A stretch of 61,314 nucleotides of DNA from an uncultured Candidatus Saccharibacteria bacterium (GCA_964401055.1 CAYNWW010000001.1:41689-103002); one strand, 5' to 3'. Counted from the stretch's first letter, positions 1 through 9,929 are shown. The notes: generated by a model from the sequence alone, not told the origin. Numbers and translations are program-made.

Positions 1-1
1 T

Positions 2-475
2 GGAAAAAAACCATGGAAACAAAAGGGAACTGGTCGCGCACGTCATGGTTCTATCCGTTCTCCGCTGTGGAGAAAAGGCGGTGTAACATTTGGTCCAACT
101 ACCGATATCAATCACACGCAAAAAATCAACAAGAATGCGAAGCGCAAAGCTTTGTTGATGTTGCTGTCTGACAAAGTTGCAACTGAAAAACTTGTTGTGC
201 TCGATAGTCTTGAGCTTCAAAACCACAAGACAAAGCCACTTGTTTCCTTACTGCACAAGCTTCCTGCAAAAGACGCTTCGGTTTTGTTTGTAACTGCAAA
301 GCAAAACAGCCAGCTCTTCCGCGCACAGAAAAATCTTGAATCAACTGCTTCCGTACTCGCCTCTGATTTGAATGTATACGATGTTTCTGCTCACGAATAT
401 CTTGTTGCAGATGAAGCGACTCTTGAGCTTTGGGAAAAGTCAAAAGAGTCCTCAAAGAAAGGAACCGGTAAATAA
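2..475 (+). CDS. rplD: 50S ribosomal protein L4 (5' end cut by window edge)
   Basis: Frame 2 from nt 2 reads GKKPWKQKGTGRARHGSIRSPLWRKGGVTFGP (L4 signature) and runs into ORF 152..475. TAA stop. Followed by rplW-rplB as in the S10 operon. Confidence 0.93.
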   Translation, partial: GKKPWKQKGTGRARHGSIRSPLWRKGGVTFGPTTDINHTQKINKNAKRKALLMLLSDKVATEKLVVLDSLELQNHKTKPLVSLLHKLPAKDASVLFVTAKQNSQLFRAQKNLESTASVLASDLNVYDVSAHEYLVADEATLELWEKSKESSKKGTGK

Positions 476-480
476 TCATT

Positions 481-873
481 ATGGCAAATAAACCAGCAAT
501 TGAGAAGAAGGCGACTGAAGAGAAAACTCCTGCAGCAAAGAAGTCGGCAACCAAGAAAGTGGCTCCAAAAAAAGCAGAATTGAACAAGAATTTTGTTGGT
601 TTTGAATATCGCATTGTGCGAGCTCCTCATGTAACTGAAAAAGCCGCTCATAGCGAAGAACACAAAACCTATGTGTTTGAAGTCGGTCAACTCGCAACAA
701 AAAATCAGATTACGGTTGCGATTGAGCACCTTTTCGGTGTTCGAGTCCTTGCTGTACGTACCTTGCGCGTGAAGTCAAAGCCAAAGCGAAGAGGTGTTTC
801 CGTCGGAAAGACGACCTCTTGGAAGAAGGCATACGTGACTATCCACAAAGAAGACACTATTTCGCTCTCCTAG
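481..873 (+). CDS. rplW: 50S ribosomal protein L23 with a Lys/Ala-rich N-terminal extension
   Basis: 130 aa. The core ...RAPHVTEKAAH...YVFEV...KAYVT matches L23. Sits between rplD and rplB. TAG stop. Confidence 0.93.
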   Translation: MANKPAIEKKATEEKTPAAKKSATKKVAPKKAELNKNFVGFEYRIVRAPHVTEKAAHSEEHKTYVFEVGQLATKNQITVAIEHLFGVRVLAVRTLRVKSKPKRRGVSVGKTTSWKKAYVTIHKEDTISLS

Positions 874-911
874 AGCTTGCCTCGAGCATTTATCCATGTT
901 ATATTTGATCC

Positions 912-1748
912 ATGCCAATTAAATCCTACAAACCAGTAACTCCTTCTCGACGGTACATCACTACCATTGATTTTTCACAGCTTTCAAAAACAAAGCCAAA
1001 GAAGGCTCTTCTGGCTTCAAAAACAAGAAAAGTTGGACGTGATCGCTCGGGTACTATCACCGTTCATCATCGTGGCGGCGGTGCTCGCAAGCGCTATCGC
1101 ATTGTCACGTTTGATCAACCTGTCCAAGATATTCAAGGCTCTATCCAGTCTATCGAATACGATCCAAACCGCACTGCGTTTATTGCGCATTTGTTGTTCC
1201 AGAATGGCCAGCAGCAATACATCCTTGCTCCTGATGGTTTGAAGGTTGGCGATACGGTTGTTGTTTCTTCAAAGAAAATTGACATTAAGCCAGCAAACCG
1301 AACGCAACTCCAGCATATTCCTGAAGGTATTATGATCCACAACATTGAGATGCAGCCTGACTCACGCGCAGGCATGGTGCGCTCGGCAGGTTCTTCTGCT
1401 CGCATTGTTTCTCACGAAGGCCGCTATACTCAAGTCCAGCTTCCATCAGGCGAAGTCCGTCTGTTTCTTTCTACCTGTTTCGCAAGTATTGGTCAGGTAA
1501 GCAACCTGGACCACTCCAACATGGTGATTGGGAAAGCAGGTCGCAGTCGCTGGCTTGGTCGCAGACCAACAGTCCGCGGTAAAGCGAAAAACCCAGTTGA
1601 TCACCCACATGGTGGTGGTGAAGGAAACCAGCCGATTGGTTTGCCGCAGCCGAGAACTCCTTGGGGCAAGCCTGCATTGGGCAAGATTACTCGCAAGCGC
1701 AATAAGCTTTCCAACAAGTATATTATCAAGAGAAGGAAGAAGAAATAA
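912..1748 (+). CDS. rplB: 50S ribosomal protein L2
   Basis: 278 aa with the L2 motifs [15 protein letters not shown] and [10 protein letters not shown]. Confidence 0.97.
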   Translation: MPIKSYKPVTPSRRYITTIDFSQLSKTKPKKALLASKTRKVGRDRSGTITVHHRGGGARKRYRIVTFDQPVQDIQGSIQSIEYDPNRTAFIAHLLFQNGQQQYILAPDGLKVGDTVVVSSKKIDIKPANRTQLQHIPEGIMIHNIEMQPDSRAGMVRSAGSSARIVSHEGRYTQVQLPSGEVRLFLSTCFASIGQVSNLDHSNMVIGKAGRSRWLGRRPTVRGKAKNPVDHPHGGGEGNQPIGLPQPRTPWGKPALGKITRKRNKLSNKYIIKRRKKK

Positions 1749-2062
1749 TGTCACGATCACTCAAAAAAGGACCATTTGTAGACGAGAAGCTGATGAAAAA
1801 GATCAAGGCTTTGAAAGTTGGCGAGAAAAAAATGATCAAGACCTGGTCTCGTGCATCAACTGTGTTCCCAGAAATGGTTGGACATACAATTGCTATTCAC
1901 AATGGTCGTGATCATATTCCTGTGCTGATCACTGAAAACATGGTTGGTCATAAGCTTGGCGAATTCTCACCAACACGTAAATTCGTTCAGCACGGTGGTC
2001 GCATGGCTCGTGAAGAGGCAGCAGCAGAGAAGCAGAAACCGGCAGCGGCTCCAGCAAAATAA
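1748..2062 (+). CDS. rpsS: 30S ribosomal protein S19
   Basis: [12 protein letters not shown]...[12 protein letters not shown]...GHKLGEF. C-terminal Ala/Lys tail. Confidence 0.96.
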   Translation: MSRSLKKGPFVDEKLMKKIKALKVGEKKMIKTWSRASTVFPEMVGHTIAIHNGRDHIPVLITENMVGHKLGEFSPTRKFVQHGGRMAREEAAAEKQKPAAAPAK

Positions 2063-2085
2063 TCCAGATCTAACAAGGACTTCAT

Positions 2086-2535
2086 ATGCAAGTAAAAGCA
2101 AGTCAGCAACATATCAGAATGGCAACCCGCAAAGTACGGCTGGTGGCGAATTTAATTCGCGGTCTCGACGTTGAAGATGCTCGCAACACCTTGCTTTTTA
2201 CGCGCAAAGCGATTACTCCTGTTATTTCAAAAATTTTGCAATCTGCAGTTGCAAACGCAGTCAATAATAACAAGCTGGACAAGAACAAGCTTTTTATTAA
2301 AGAAATCCTTGTGAATCAAGGCCCTACTATGAAGCGCGTGATGCCACGATCTCAAGGTCGCGCATATCGCATTTTGAAGCGTACGAGTCATGTAACGATC
2401 GTTCTTGATGAGCGAGTTTCTGGATCAGTTGCTCCCAAGAAATCGGATAAAGAAGTTTCTGAAAAAGTTGAACAAAAGCCTGCTCGAAAGCCTCGTGCCG
2501 CAAAAGCAGCTTCACCGAAAGGAAAGGGTAAATAA
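2086..2535 (+). CDS. rplV: 50S ribosomal protein L22
   Basis: ATRKVRLVANLIRG...RAYRILKRTSHVTIVL. Long basic C-terminal tail. Confidence 0.95.
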   Translation: MQVKASQQHIRMATRKVRLVANLIRGLDVEDARNTLLFTRKAITPVISKILQSAVANAVNNNKLDKNKLFIKEILVNQGPTMKRVMPRSQGRAYRILKRTSHVTIVLDERVSGSVAPKKSDKEVSEKVEQKPARKPRAAKAASPKGKGK

Positions 2536-3225
2536 ATGGGACAGAAAACACACCCAATTAGTTTTCGATTAGGAATCATCAAGACGTGGACATCCACCTG
2601 GTTTCATGACAAGAAGTATGCTGATTATCTTCTTGAAGATATTGCTATTCGCAAACTGGTTGAGTCGAAGTTGAAGGAGGCTGGCATAGCTCAGGTCGGT
2701 ATCGAGCGATCAGAAAAAGAAACTCGCATCAACATTTTCACTTCACGCCCCGGTGTTATCATCGGACGTGGCGGCACAGGCATCGAAGAGCTCCGTGCAT
2801 TTATTAAGAAGCATATTCCAAGCGCGGCAGAGTTCAAGATCAATATTGAAGAAATTCGCGATCCGAATGCAAATGCTCGTCTGCTCGGCCAGATGGTTGC
2901 AGAACAGCTTGAAAAACGCGTTGCATTCCGTCGTGCGTTGAAACAGGCGATTGAGCGAGCAACACAATCTTCTGCGGTTAAGGGTGTCAAGATTATGGTC
3001 TCAGGCCGCCTCAACGGCGCTGAAATGTCTCGTCGTGAATGGCTTGCAAAAGGAAAGATGCCATTGCATACCCTGCGAGCTGATATTGATTTCGCTCGCG
3101 TGAAAGCGCAAACTACCTATGGCGCTATTGGCGTGAAGGTGTGGATTTACAAAGGTGAAGTATTTGACCAGGCGCAGAAGCAGCAAGCAGCCGCTCCTCA
3201 AGCACAGCAAAAACCACGTAACTAA
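2536..3225 (+). CDS. rpsC: 30S ribosomal protein S3
   Basis: [13 protein letters not shown]...KH-domain GVIIGRGG...[10 protein letters not shown]. Confidence 0.97.
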   Translation: MGQKTHPISFRLGIIKTWTSTWFHDKKYADYLLEDIAIRKLVESKLKEAGIAQVGIERSEKETRINIFTSRPGVIIGRGGTGIEELRAFIKKHIPSAAEFKINIEEIRDPNANARLLGQMVAEQLEKRVAFRRALKQAIERATQSSAVKGVKIMVSGRLNGAEMSRREWLAKGKMPLHTLRADIDFARVKAQTTYGAIGVKVWIYKGEVFDQAQKQQAAAPQAQQKPRN

Positions 3226-3230
3226 TTTTT

Positions 3231-3683
3231 ATGTTGATTCCTAAAAAAGTCGCACACAGAAAGCATCAGAAAGGCCGGAATCGCTCGATTGCTACGAGAG
3301 GTTTTACGCTTGATTTTGGTACATTTGGCCTTAAGACTGTTGAGCATGGATTTATTACTTCTCGCCAAATCGAAGCAGCTCGTCGCGCAATGACTCGTTT
3401 TGTGCAGCGCGGCGGCAAGATCTGGATTCGCATTTTTCCGGACAAGCCGATTACTCGCAAAGCAGCAGAAGTTCCGATGGGTTCTGGAAAAGGCGATGTT
3501 GCGTTCTTTGCAGCTCCTGTTAAGCCGGGTACTATGTTGTTTGAGATGGACGGTATTGAATTGAAAGTTGCGCAGGAAGCACTTCGTTTGGCTGCACATA
3601 AGCTTCCCGTGAAGACGCGTTTTATTAGCAAAATGGCTCCTGTTGATTCTGCTGCAGATGCAGAAGAAAGTGAAGAGGAATAA
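3231..3683 (+). CDS. rplP: 50S ribosomal protein L16
   Basis: [16 protein letters not shown]...[15 protein letters not shown]...[10 protein letters not shown]. Confidence 0.96.
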   Translation: MLIPKKVAHRKHQKGRNRSIATRGFTLDFGTFGLKTVEHGFITSRQIEAARRAMTRFVQRGGKIWIRIFPDKPITRKAAEVPMGSGKGDVAFFAAPVKPGTMLFEMDGIELKVAQEALRLAAHKLPVKTRFISKMAPVDSAADAEESEEE

Positions 3684-3692
3684 TTTACCCGT

Positions 3693-3887
3693 ATGGATAT
3701 GAACACACTCCGCACCTCAACTGAACAAGATCTTCGCAAGCTGTTGAAAGAAAAGCAGGCAGAGCTTGGTGAGAAGAATTTTAAACTGCGCTTGGGTGAG
3801 CTTAAGAACAATCAATCTCTTCGCCTTTTGAAGAGAGAAATTGCTCAGATCATGACTGCGCTTCAGATGATTTCTGGAAAGAACTAA
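3693..3887 (+). CDS. rpmC: 50S ribosomal protein L29
   Basis: 64 aa, helical, motif LR.S.EQDL...L..REIAQI. Lies between rplP and rpsQ. Confidence 0.9.
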   Translation: MDMNTLRTSTEQDLRKLLKEKQAELGEKNFKLRLGELKNNQSLRLLKREIAQIMTALQMISGKN

Positions 3888-3895
3888 CTTTTTTT

Positions 3896-4174
3896 ATGAC
3901 ACAGCAGACCCCAAAAACTCAGGCAGCTCCGCTTACGCGCAAAACACTGGAAGGTAAGGTCTTGAGCACTGCAATGCAAAAGACGATCGTTGTTTCAGTT
4001 GAGCGTTTCACGACTCACCCGATTTACCGAAAGCAGCACAAAGTTGTGAAAAATTTTCATGTTCATGATACCAAATCTCAAGCTCAAGTCGGCGATTTGG
4101 TTCTGATTGAGGCGACTCGACCAATCTCCAAGCTCAAGCGCTGGAGATTGAAAGAAATTATCAAGCACTCGTAA
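3896..4174 (+). CDS. rpsQ: 30S ribosomal protein S17
   Basis: GKVLSTAMQKTIVVSVER...HP.Y.K......K..VHD...GD.V.I...RPISK.KRW. Confidence 0.93.
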   Translation: MTQQTPKTQAAPLTRKTLEGKVLSTAMQKTIVVSVERFTTHPIYRKQHKVVKNFHVHDTKSQAQVGDLVLIEATRPISKLKRWRLKEIIKHS

Positions 4175-4183
4175 TTTACCCGA

Positions 4184-4555
4184 ATGATTCAATTGCGAAC
4201 ACAATTAGTAGTAGCGGACAACACGGGAGCAAAGATTATTTCTTGCTTCAAGATTTTGGGCGGAACCGATCATCGCTATGGTCAGATCGGTGATATTATT
4301 ACGGCAAACGTAAAGTCTGCAGATCCGCACGCCGCAATTAAAAAAGGCGATGTTGTGCATGCTGTCATTGTACGTCAGCGACGCGCATTCCGCCGGAAAG
4401 ATGGCTCTTATATCAAATTTGATGATAACGCAGCCGTGATTATCACCAAAGAGAACAAGGAAATGAAGGGCACGCGTATTTTTGGACCTATTCCCCAAGA
4501 GCTTCGCGAACGTGGATATCAGAAGATTATTTCTTTAGCACCCGAGGTACTCTAA
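4184..4555 (+). CDS. rplN: 50S ribosomal protein L14
   Basis: [17 protein letters not shown]...RIFGPIP.ELRE. Confidence 0.97.
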   Translation: MIQLRTQLVVADNTGAKIISCFKILGGTDHRYGQIGDIITANVKSADPHAAIKKGDVVHAVIVRQRRAFRRKDGSYIKFDDNAAVIITKENKEMKGTRIFGPIPQELRERGYQKIISLAPEVL

Positions 4556-4863
4556 TGAAGATTAAAACTGGCGACACAGTCGTCATTACATCAGGAAAAG
4601 ACACGAAGAAGAAGGGGAAAATCATCCAGGCGTTCCCTGCTCGTAATAAAATTGTTGTTGACGGTGTCAACAAGGTTATTAAGCATATCCGCGCTCAGAG
4701 CAAAGAAAAAAAGGGTCAGAAGATTGAATTCTTCGGTCCTATCTCTGCGGCAAACGCCATGCTGGTTTGTCCTCACTGTGGCAAGCCAACTCGAGTCGGG
4801 TTTGTAGTCAACGGGAAAGAGAAGCGGCGCATTTGCAAAAAATGCGAAAAGCAGATATCATAA
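4555..4863 (+). CDS. rplX: 50S ribosomal protein L24 with a C-terminal CxxC...CxxC ribbon
   Basis: KOW motif [19 protein letters not shown], then CPHCGKPTRVG...CKKCEK. Confidence 0.93.
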   Translation: MKIKTGDTVVITSGKDTKKKGKIIQAFPARNKIVVDGVNKVIKHIRAQSKEKKGQKIEFFGPISAANAMLVCPHCGKPTRVGFVVNGKEKRRICKKCEKQIS

Positions 4864-4890
4864 GCAACATACTGTTAATTTCAGAAATTT

Positions 4891-5565
4891 ATGCCTGTTA
4901 AAGAACTCAAGAAAGCCTATCACGAAGTTGTAGCACCTCAAATGATGCGCGATTTTGGCTATACAAACATCTGGCAAGTTCCTCGCATCGAGAAGGTTGT
5001 GCTCAACCTTGGCACCAGCAAGGCTCTTGACAATCAAAAACTGATGGATGTGATGCAGAGCACGCTCACGCGTATTACCGGTCAAAAGCCGGTTCTCACA
5101 AAGGCGCGCAAGTCAATTGCTGCGTTTCATGTCCGCGAAGGCCAGGTAGTCGGCATGAAAGTGACACTTCGAGGCAAGAGAATGTATGATTTCATTGAAA
5201 AGTGCATCAACATTGCATTACCTCGTGTGCGTGACTTTCAAGGAATTTCTCCGTATTCGTTTGACCCTGCAGGTCGCAGCTATACTCTTGCGTTCCGTGA
5301 GCAATTTGCTTTCCCGGAAATGATGTCCGACGAAATCGACAAGCTGCACGGCTTCGAAGTGACATTTTCTTTGAAATCATCAGGCACAAAAGAATCATTT
5401 GCCCTGATGAAACTTCTTGGTTTTCCTTTCCGAAGCGCTGAGCAAGAAAAGGAATATCTTGAAAATGTGAAGCGCATGAAAGAGGCTCGCAGACAGCGTG
5501 ATCGCGCCCGCGAACGTGTGGCCGCTCAGGCAAAGGCAGCAAGCGCTCCAGCAGCAACCGCATAA
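4891..5565 (+). CDS. rplE: 50S ribosomal protein L5 with a charged, Ala-rich C-terminal extension
   Basis: VPRIEKVVLNLG...ITGQKPVLTKARKSIA.F..REG...G.KVTLRG..MY.F. Confidence 0.95.
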   Translation: MPVKELKKAYHEVVAPQMMRDFGYTNIWQVPRIEKVVLNLGTSKALDNQKLMDVMQSTLTRITGQKPVLTKARKSIAAFHVREGQVVGMKVTLRGKRMYDFIEKCINIALPRVRDFQGISPYSFDPAGRSYTLAFREQFAFPEMMSDEIDKLHGFEVTFSLKSSGTKESFALMKLLGFPFRSAEQEKEYLENVKRMKEARRQRDRARERVAAQAKAASAPAATA

Positions 5566-5587
5566 CTTTTATACTAGATGAATTGAT

Positions 5588-5773
5588 ATGGCAAAAACCT
5601 CCGTTATCGCAAGAAGCGAAAAAGAACCCAAGTTTTCAACACGCATCGTAAGTCGCTGTCAGTTGTGTGGAAGAAAGCACGGGTATATGCGCAAGTTTAA
5701 GATTTGCCGTATCTGCTTCCGCCATTATGCCAATATGGGCGAAATCCCTGGCATCAAAAAAGCTTCTTGGTAA
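5588..5773 (+). CDS. rpsN: 30S ribosomal protein S14, short zinc-binding type
   Basis: 61 aa, CQLCGR...CRICFR...IPGIKKASW. Confidence 0.93.
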   Translation: MAKTSVIARSEKEPKFSTRIVSRCQLCGRKHGYMRKFKICRICFRHYANMGEIPGIKKASW

Positions 5774-5790
5774 CTTACCTAATTACACGT

Positions 5791-6195
5791 ATGACGACAG
5801 ATCCAATCGCTGACATGATCACTCGCATTAGAAACGCTTCCCTTGTTCACCACAACGAGGTTGTTGTTGATTTTTCAAAAATGAAGCTTGCTGTGGCGAA
5901 AGTATTGAAAGAAGAGGGCTTTATTGCTGACGTGAAGAATCTGAAAAAGTCCGAAGTATCTCCTCAGGGGCACCTGGTTGTTACCTTGAAGTACACTCCA
6001 GAAGGTAAGTCGGTATTGCATCATATTCGTCGCATGAGTAAGCCAGGTCAGCGTTACTACACCCCATCAGAGAAACTACCGCGCGTAATGAATGGATTGG
6101 GCGTGTCAATTATTTCTACGTCAAAGGGCATTATGGCTGATCGCGATGCAAGAAAAGCGCGCGTCGGCGGTGAAGTTCTTTGTGCGGTCTGGTAA
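5791..6195 (+). CDS. rpsH: 30S ribosomal protein S8
   Basis: The ATG at 5791 gives MTTDPIADMITRIRNA, the canonical S8 N-terminus. The longer ORF from 5704 would overlap rpsN. Confidence 0.94.
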   Translation: MTTDPIADMITRIRNASLVHHNEVVVDFSKMKLAVAKVLKEEGFIADVKNLKKSEVSPQGHLVVTLKYTPEGKSVLHHIRRMSKPGQRYYTPSEKLPRVMNGLGVSIISTSKGIMADRDARKARVGGEVLCAVW

Positions 6196-6199
6196 ACCC

Positions 6200-6685
6200 A
6201 TGGAAGAAACCCTCCCTCCGCAACAACCAGCTCAAGAAACCGTTGGAGTACAGGCTCCAGCCACTTCGTCTCGGTGGATGAAGTTTGTGCTTCTCGGAAT
6301 TGGTATCGTTGTTGTGCCTGGTATCGTGGGTGCTATCGCAACTGTTCTTTTTACAAAGTCTCCTGAACAAGTGCTTTCTTCTTTTATTAAAGCATCTCAG
6401 GCACGAAAGCCGGTCGCAGAATCAGCTTTTTTTGATCAACAAGCGGAGCAAAATTTTGCAATCGTGTATAAAATTCCTCCGAAATCAGCGCATATTCGAA
6501 AGACGACAATATCAGACAAGACGGCGCTCGTAGAGGTTGATTGGACGATGATCGATTCGAGCCATCAATACCGCGAGCGAACCGACACAGTAATATTTTC
6601 TCTTCGCAAAGACGGACGTACATGGAAGCTGGATCGAGTGAAGCAAGGAGACATTGTGAATTTTGATTTTTTATTCGGTAATTAA
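6200..6685 (+). CDS. Hypothetical single-pass membrane protein with a small alpha+beta (NTF2/DUF4878-like) ectodomain, inside the spc operon
   Basis: ATG at 6200, 4 nt after the rpsH stop. One TM helix (FVLLGIGIVVVPGIVGAIATVLF) followed by about 110 aa. The stop lies 6 nt before rplF. No r-protein similarity recognised. Confidence 0.6.
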   Translation: MEETLPPQQPAQETVGVQAPATSSRWMKFVLLGIGIVVVPGIVGAIATVLFTKSPEQVLSSFIKASQARKPVAESAFFDQQAEQNFAIVYKIPPKSAHIRKTTISDKTALVEVDWTMIDSSHQYRERTDTVIFSLRKDGRTWKLDRVKQGDIVNFDFLFGN

Positions 6686-6691
6686 GCTTTT

Positions 6692-7240
6692 ATGTCACGC
6701 ATAGGTAAACAACCCATCGCAATTCCAGATCAGGTGCAGATTGAAGTCACCGGTCATCATGTGCAAGTCAAAGGCCCAAAGGGCACATTGGCTGCTGATT
6801 TTAGTCCTTCTGTGACGATTGAAAAAGCAGAAAAGGAAATTCGCCTCAGCGTAACTTCTCCAACAAAGATGCTCAAGACTATTTGGGGCACTACCCGGGC
6901 GCTTCTTGCAAATATGATTCTGGGCGTGAGCGCCGGTTTCACAAAGCAGCTCGAAATTCAGGGTGTTGGGTACAAAGCAAAAGTACAAGGCAAAGAATTG
7001 ACCTGTGAGCTTGGCTTTACGAATCCATGTGTGATGGAGATTCCTGCCGGCCTGACAGTTGCTGTAGAAAAGAATATTATTACTGTTTCCGGATCTGATA
7101 AACAGGTTGTTGGTGAATTTGCTGCTCAAATTAGAAAATTAAAGCCACCGGAGCCATACAAAGGCAAGGGCATTCGCTATGTTGGTGAGCATGTCATTCG
7201 CAAAGAAGGCAAGCGATCAGGCGGAGCTGAAGGGAAATAA
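6692..7240 (+). CDS. rplF: 50S ribosomal protein L6
   Basis: MSRIGKQPI.IP..V......V.VKGPKG...GVGYKA...PEPYKGKGIRY. Confidence 0.96.
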   Translation: MSRIGKQPIAIPDQVQIEVTGHHVQVKGPKGTLAADFSPSVTIEKAEKEIRLSVTSPTKMLKTIWGTTRALLANMILGVSAGFTKQLEIQGVGYKAKVQGKELTCELGFTNPCVMEIPAGLTVAVEKNIITVSGSDKQVVGEFAAQIRKLKPPEPYKGKGIRYVGEHVIRKEGKRSGGAEGK

Positions 7241-7243
7241 TAT

Positions 7244-7603
7244 ATGACACAGATGAATCAAAAACTCGCAGGTAGACTCGCGCGAAAAGCTCGCATCAGC
7301 GCTCGTATTAGAGGCACGCACGAACGTCCTCGTCTTTCGGTGTATCGCTCAAACACCACCATCTATGCACAAATTATTGATGATGTCGCAGGAAAAACAT
7401 TGGTGAGTGCGTCAAATTTTTCTCTGGGCAAATCTCCTAAAGGTACAAAGTCCGAACTCGCAGACTTGGTTGGTCAGGAAATTGCGAAAAAGGCAAAAGA
7501 GCAGCAAATCACTCTTGTTTCATTTGATCGCAACGGGTATCATTTTCATGGGCGCGTGAAGGCACTTGCTGAAGGTGCGCGGAAAGGTGGGCTGCAATTC
7601 TAA
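7244..7603 (+). CDS. rplR: 50S ribosomal protein L18
   Basis: RPRLSVYRSN..IYAQIIDD...FDRNGY.FHGRVKALAEGAR.GGL.F. Confidence 0.94.
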   Translation: MTQMNQKLAGRLARKARISARIRGTHERPRLSVYRSNTTIYAQIIDDVAGKTLVSASNFSLGKSPKGTKSELADLVGQEIAKKAKEQQITLVSFDRNGYHFHGRVKALAEGARKGGLQF

Positions 7604-8154
7604 TGAGAACTTCTATGAGAAAGAACAAAGAGCGGAGTGAAGTCGCCGAAGGGACGATTGATGTGGCTCGCGTGGCTCGCGTTGTCAAAGGTGGTCGTCG
7701 TTTTCGTTTCCGCGTCGTTGTCGTTGTAGGCAACAAAAAAGGCAAGATTGGCTTGGGCGTTGGAAAAGGTCCGGACGTATCGGTTGCCATGGAAAAAGCA
7801 ACGAGCCGCGCAAAAAAGAACATCACCGAGCTCATGATTGTCGACGGAACAATTCCGCACGAATTGAGCAATAAGTTTGGCTCAACGACTATCTTTTTGA
7901 AACCAGCTCCTCAGGGCGCCGGTATTATTGCAGGAAGCGCGCTGCGTTCGGTAATCGAATTGTCTGGCATTAAAAATGTCTTTTCAAAGATTCACGGCTC
8001 TACCAACAAGATTAACACGGCAAAAGCGGTTATTCAGGCTCTTGGTTCAATGAAAAACGCAGAGATGGTTGCTGCTGAGCGAGGAATTTCAATTGAAAAA
8101 CTTCAGGTTCGCAGCAAAAAAGCTGTTGAGCCCCAAGTGCAGCCAGCGAAGTAA
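7603..8154 (+). CDS. rpsE: 30S ribosomal protein S5
   Basis: VARVARVVKGGRRFRFR..VVVGN..G..G.G.GK...V..A. Start shares one nt with the rplR stop. Confidence 0.95.
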   Translation: MRTSMRKNKERSEVAEGTIDVARVARVVKGGRRFRFRVVVVVGNKKGKIGLGVGKGPDVSVAMEKATSRAKKNITELMIVDGTIPHELSNKFGSTTIFLKPAPQGAGIIAGSALRSVIELSGIKNVFSKIHGSTNKINTAKAVIQALGSMKNAEMVAAERGISIEKLQVRSKKAVEPQVQPAK

Positions 8155-8182
8155 TTTATTTTTGAGTTTTTAGGTTCCATTT

Positions 8183-8638
8183 ATGCAATCTCACGAATTT
8201 CATCCAATTAAAGCAAAGAAAGACTCTAAGCGTGTTGGACGTGGTCACGGAACAGGTCGCGGCACTTACGCTGGTCGCGGCACCAAAGGTCAGAAAGCAC
8301 GCTCAGGGTACAGTCGTAAAAAGGCGTTTGAAGGTGGTCAGAATAGCCTTATGCGTCGCATTCCAAAGAGACGCGGCTTTAAAAATCCAACAACTACTCG
8401 CTATGCAGTGGTTAATCTTGATACGTTGAACGAACTGTTTAAGGATGCCGAAATTGTTGATATCGCTTCTTTGGACGCAAAGAGATTGATTCCTAGCAGA
8501 ACGAAATTGCTGAAGATTCTTGGCCAGGGCGAGCTTGCAAAAAAGCTTACGATCAAAGCGCATGCATTTTCCAAGAGTGCACTTGAAAAGATTGAAAAAA
8601 GCGGCAGTACTGTGACATTGATTAAAACCCAAGAATAA
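8183..8638 (+). CDS. rplO: 50S ribosomal protein L15
   Basis: KRVGRGHGTGRGTYAGRGTKGQKARSG. Follows rpsE directly with no rpmD in between. Confidence 0.94.
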   Translation: MQSHEFHPIKAKKDSKRVGRGHGTGRGTYAGRGTKGQKARSGYSRKKAFEGGQNSLMRRIPKRRGFKNPTTTRYAVVNLDTLNELFKDAEIVDIASLDAKRLIPSRTKLLKILGQGELAKKLTIKAHAFSKSALEKIEKSGSTVTLIKTQE

Positions 8639-8651
8639 ATAACTCAACACC

Positions 8652-9929
8652 GTGTGGAAGAAATTAGCGCAGATTTTTTCCGTTCCTGAACTCAGAAAAA
8701 AACTCCTTATTACGATTGGCCTCCTGGTGATATTCAGAGCCCTTGCGCATATCCCAATCCCTGGAGTCGATGCTGATAATCTCAAAAACTTCTTTAACCA
8801 AAATCAGATTTTTGGTTTGTTAGATGTATTTTCCGGCGGTGGTCTTTCAAATCTCTCCATCGTGATGGCCGGCGTCAGTCCTTACATCACTGCATCGATT
8901 ATTATGCAGTTGTTGACGCTGATTATCCCGAGCTTTGAGCGCATGCAAAAAGAAGATGGAGAAGAGGGGCGTCGCAAGCTCAACCAGTATACCCGCTGGC
9001 TCACAGTCCCACTTGCATTGCTTCAGGCATACGGAACGCTTGCGCTGTTTAGTCGCTCAAGTTCGCAAGTAATTGGCGACTTGTCGGGCTTTCAGCTTGC
9101 TACTACGCTTTTGACTGTCTGTGCCGGCTCATTGCTGTTGATGTGGATTGGTGAGATCATTACTGAGCAGGGAATTGGCAACGGTGTCTCTATTGTGATC
9201 TTTGCCGGAATCATTGCGCGTTTGCCGGCAACGATTCAGCAATCGAGCGTCTCATTTGACTCTTCGAACCTCCTCAATCTCGGCGTGTTTTTGTTGATCG
9301 GCGTCGCGGTTATTGCAGCAGTGGTATTTATGACTGAGGCTCAGCGTAATATTCCGGTTTCCTACGCGCGGCGAATGCAGGGCGGCAAGCTCTCTGGCGG
9401 CCGCGGGACGTATTTGCCGCTTCGGGTCAACCAGTCAGGCGTGGTTCCTATTATTTTCGGTCTTTCCATCATGCTCTTTCCCGGCGTGATTGCCAATTTC
9501 TTTTTGACTTCAAAAAATGAAACCATTGCGCATCTTGCCAACTCGGTGAAGCTGCTGTTTGCTAACCAACTCTTTTATGGCTCGATTTATTTTGTCTTGA
9601 TTGTGCTGTTTACATTCTTTTACGCCTCGATCACGTTTGATCCTAAGGCAATTGCAGAAAATTTGCAGAAAAGCGGTGGGTTTATCCCGGGTATTCGGCC
9701 AGGAAAAAACACGATGGACTATTTGAGCATGATTTTGTATCGGGTATCGGTACTTGGCGCGCTGTTTCTTGCAGGTATTGCCGTGCTGCCATTTTTGACT
9801 GAGATCCTGACGCATTCAACTAGTCTCGTAGTCGGCGGCACGGGATTGTTGATCGTAGTAGGCGTGGTGCTTGAAGTGTCGAAGCAAATCGAATCTCAGC
9901 TCTTAATGAGGGACTACGATGGATTCTAG
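8652..9929 (+). CDS. secY: Preprotein translocase subunit SecY
   Basis: 425 aa, 10-TM pattern, GVSPYITASIIMQLL and GEIITE.GIGNG motifs. GTG start, TAG stop. Confidence 0.96.
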   Translation: MWKKLAQIFSVPELRKKLLITIGLLVIFRALAHIPIPGVDADNLKNFFNQNQIFGLLDVFSGGGLSNLSIVMAGVSPYITASIIMQLLTLIIPSFERMQKEDGEEGRRKLNQYTRWLTVPLALLQAYGTLALFSRSSSQVIGDLSGFQLATTLLTVCAGSLLLMWIGEIITEQGIGNGVSIVIFAGIIARLPATIQQSSVSFDSSNLLNLGVFLLIGVAVIAAVVFMTEAQRNIPVSYARRMQGGKLSGGRGTYLPLRVNQSGVVPIIFGLSIMLFPGVIANFFLTSKNETIAHLANSVKLLFANQLFYGSIYFVLIVLFTFFYASITFDPKAIAENLQKSGGFIPGIRPGKNTMDYLSMILYRVSVLGALFLAGIAVLPFLTEILTHSTSLVVGGTGLLIVVGVVLEVSKQIESQLLMRDYDGF

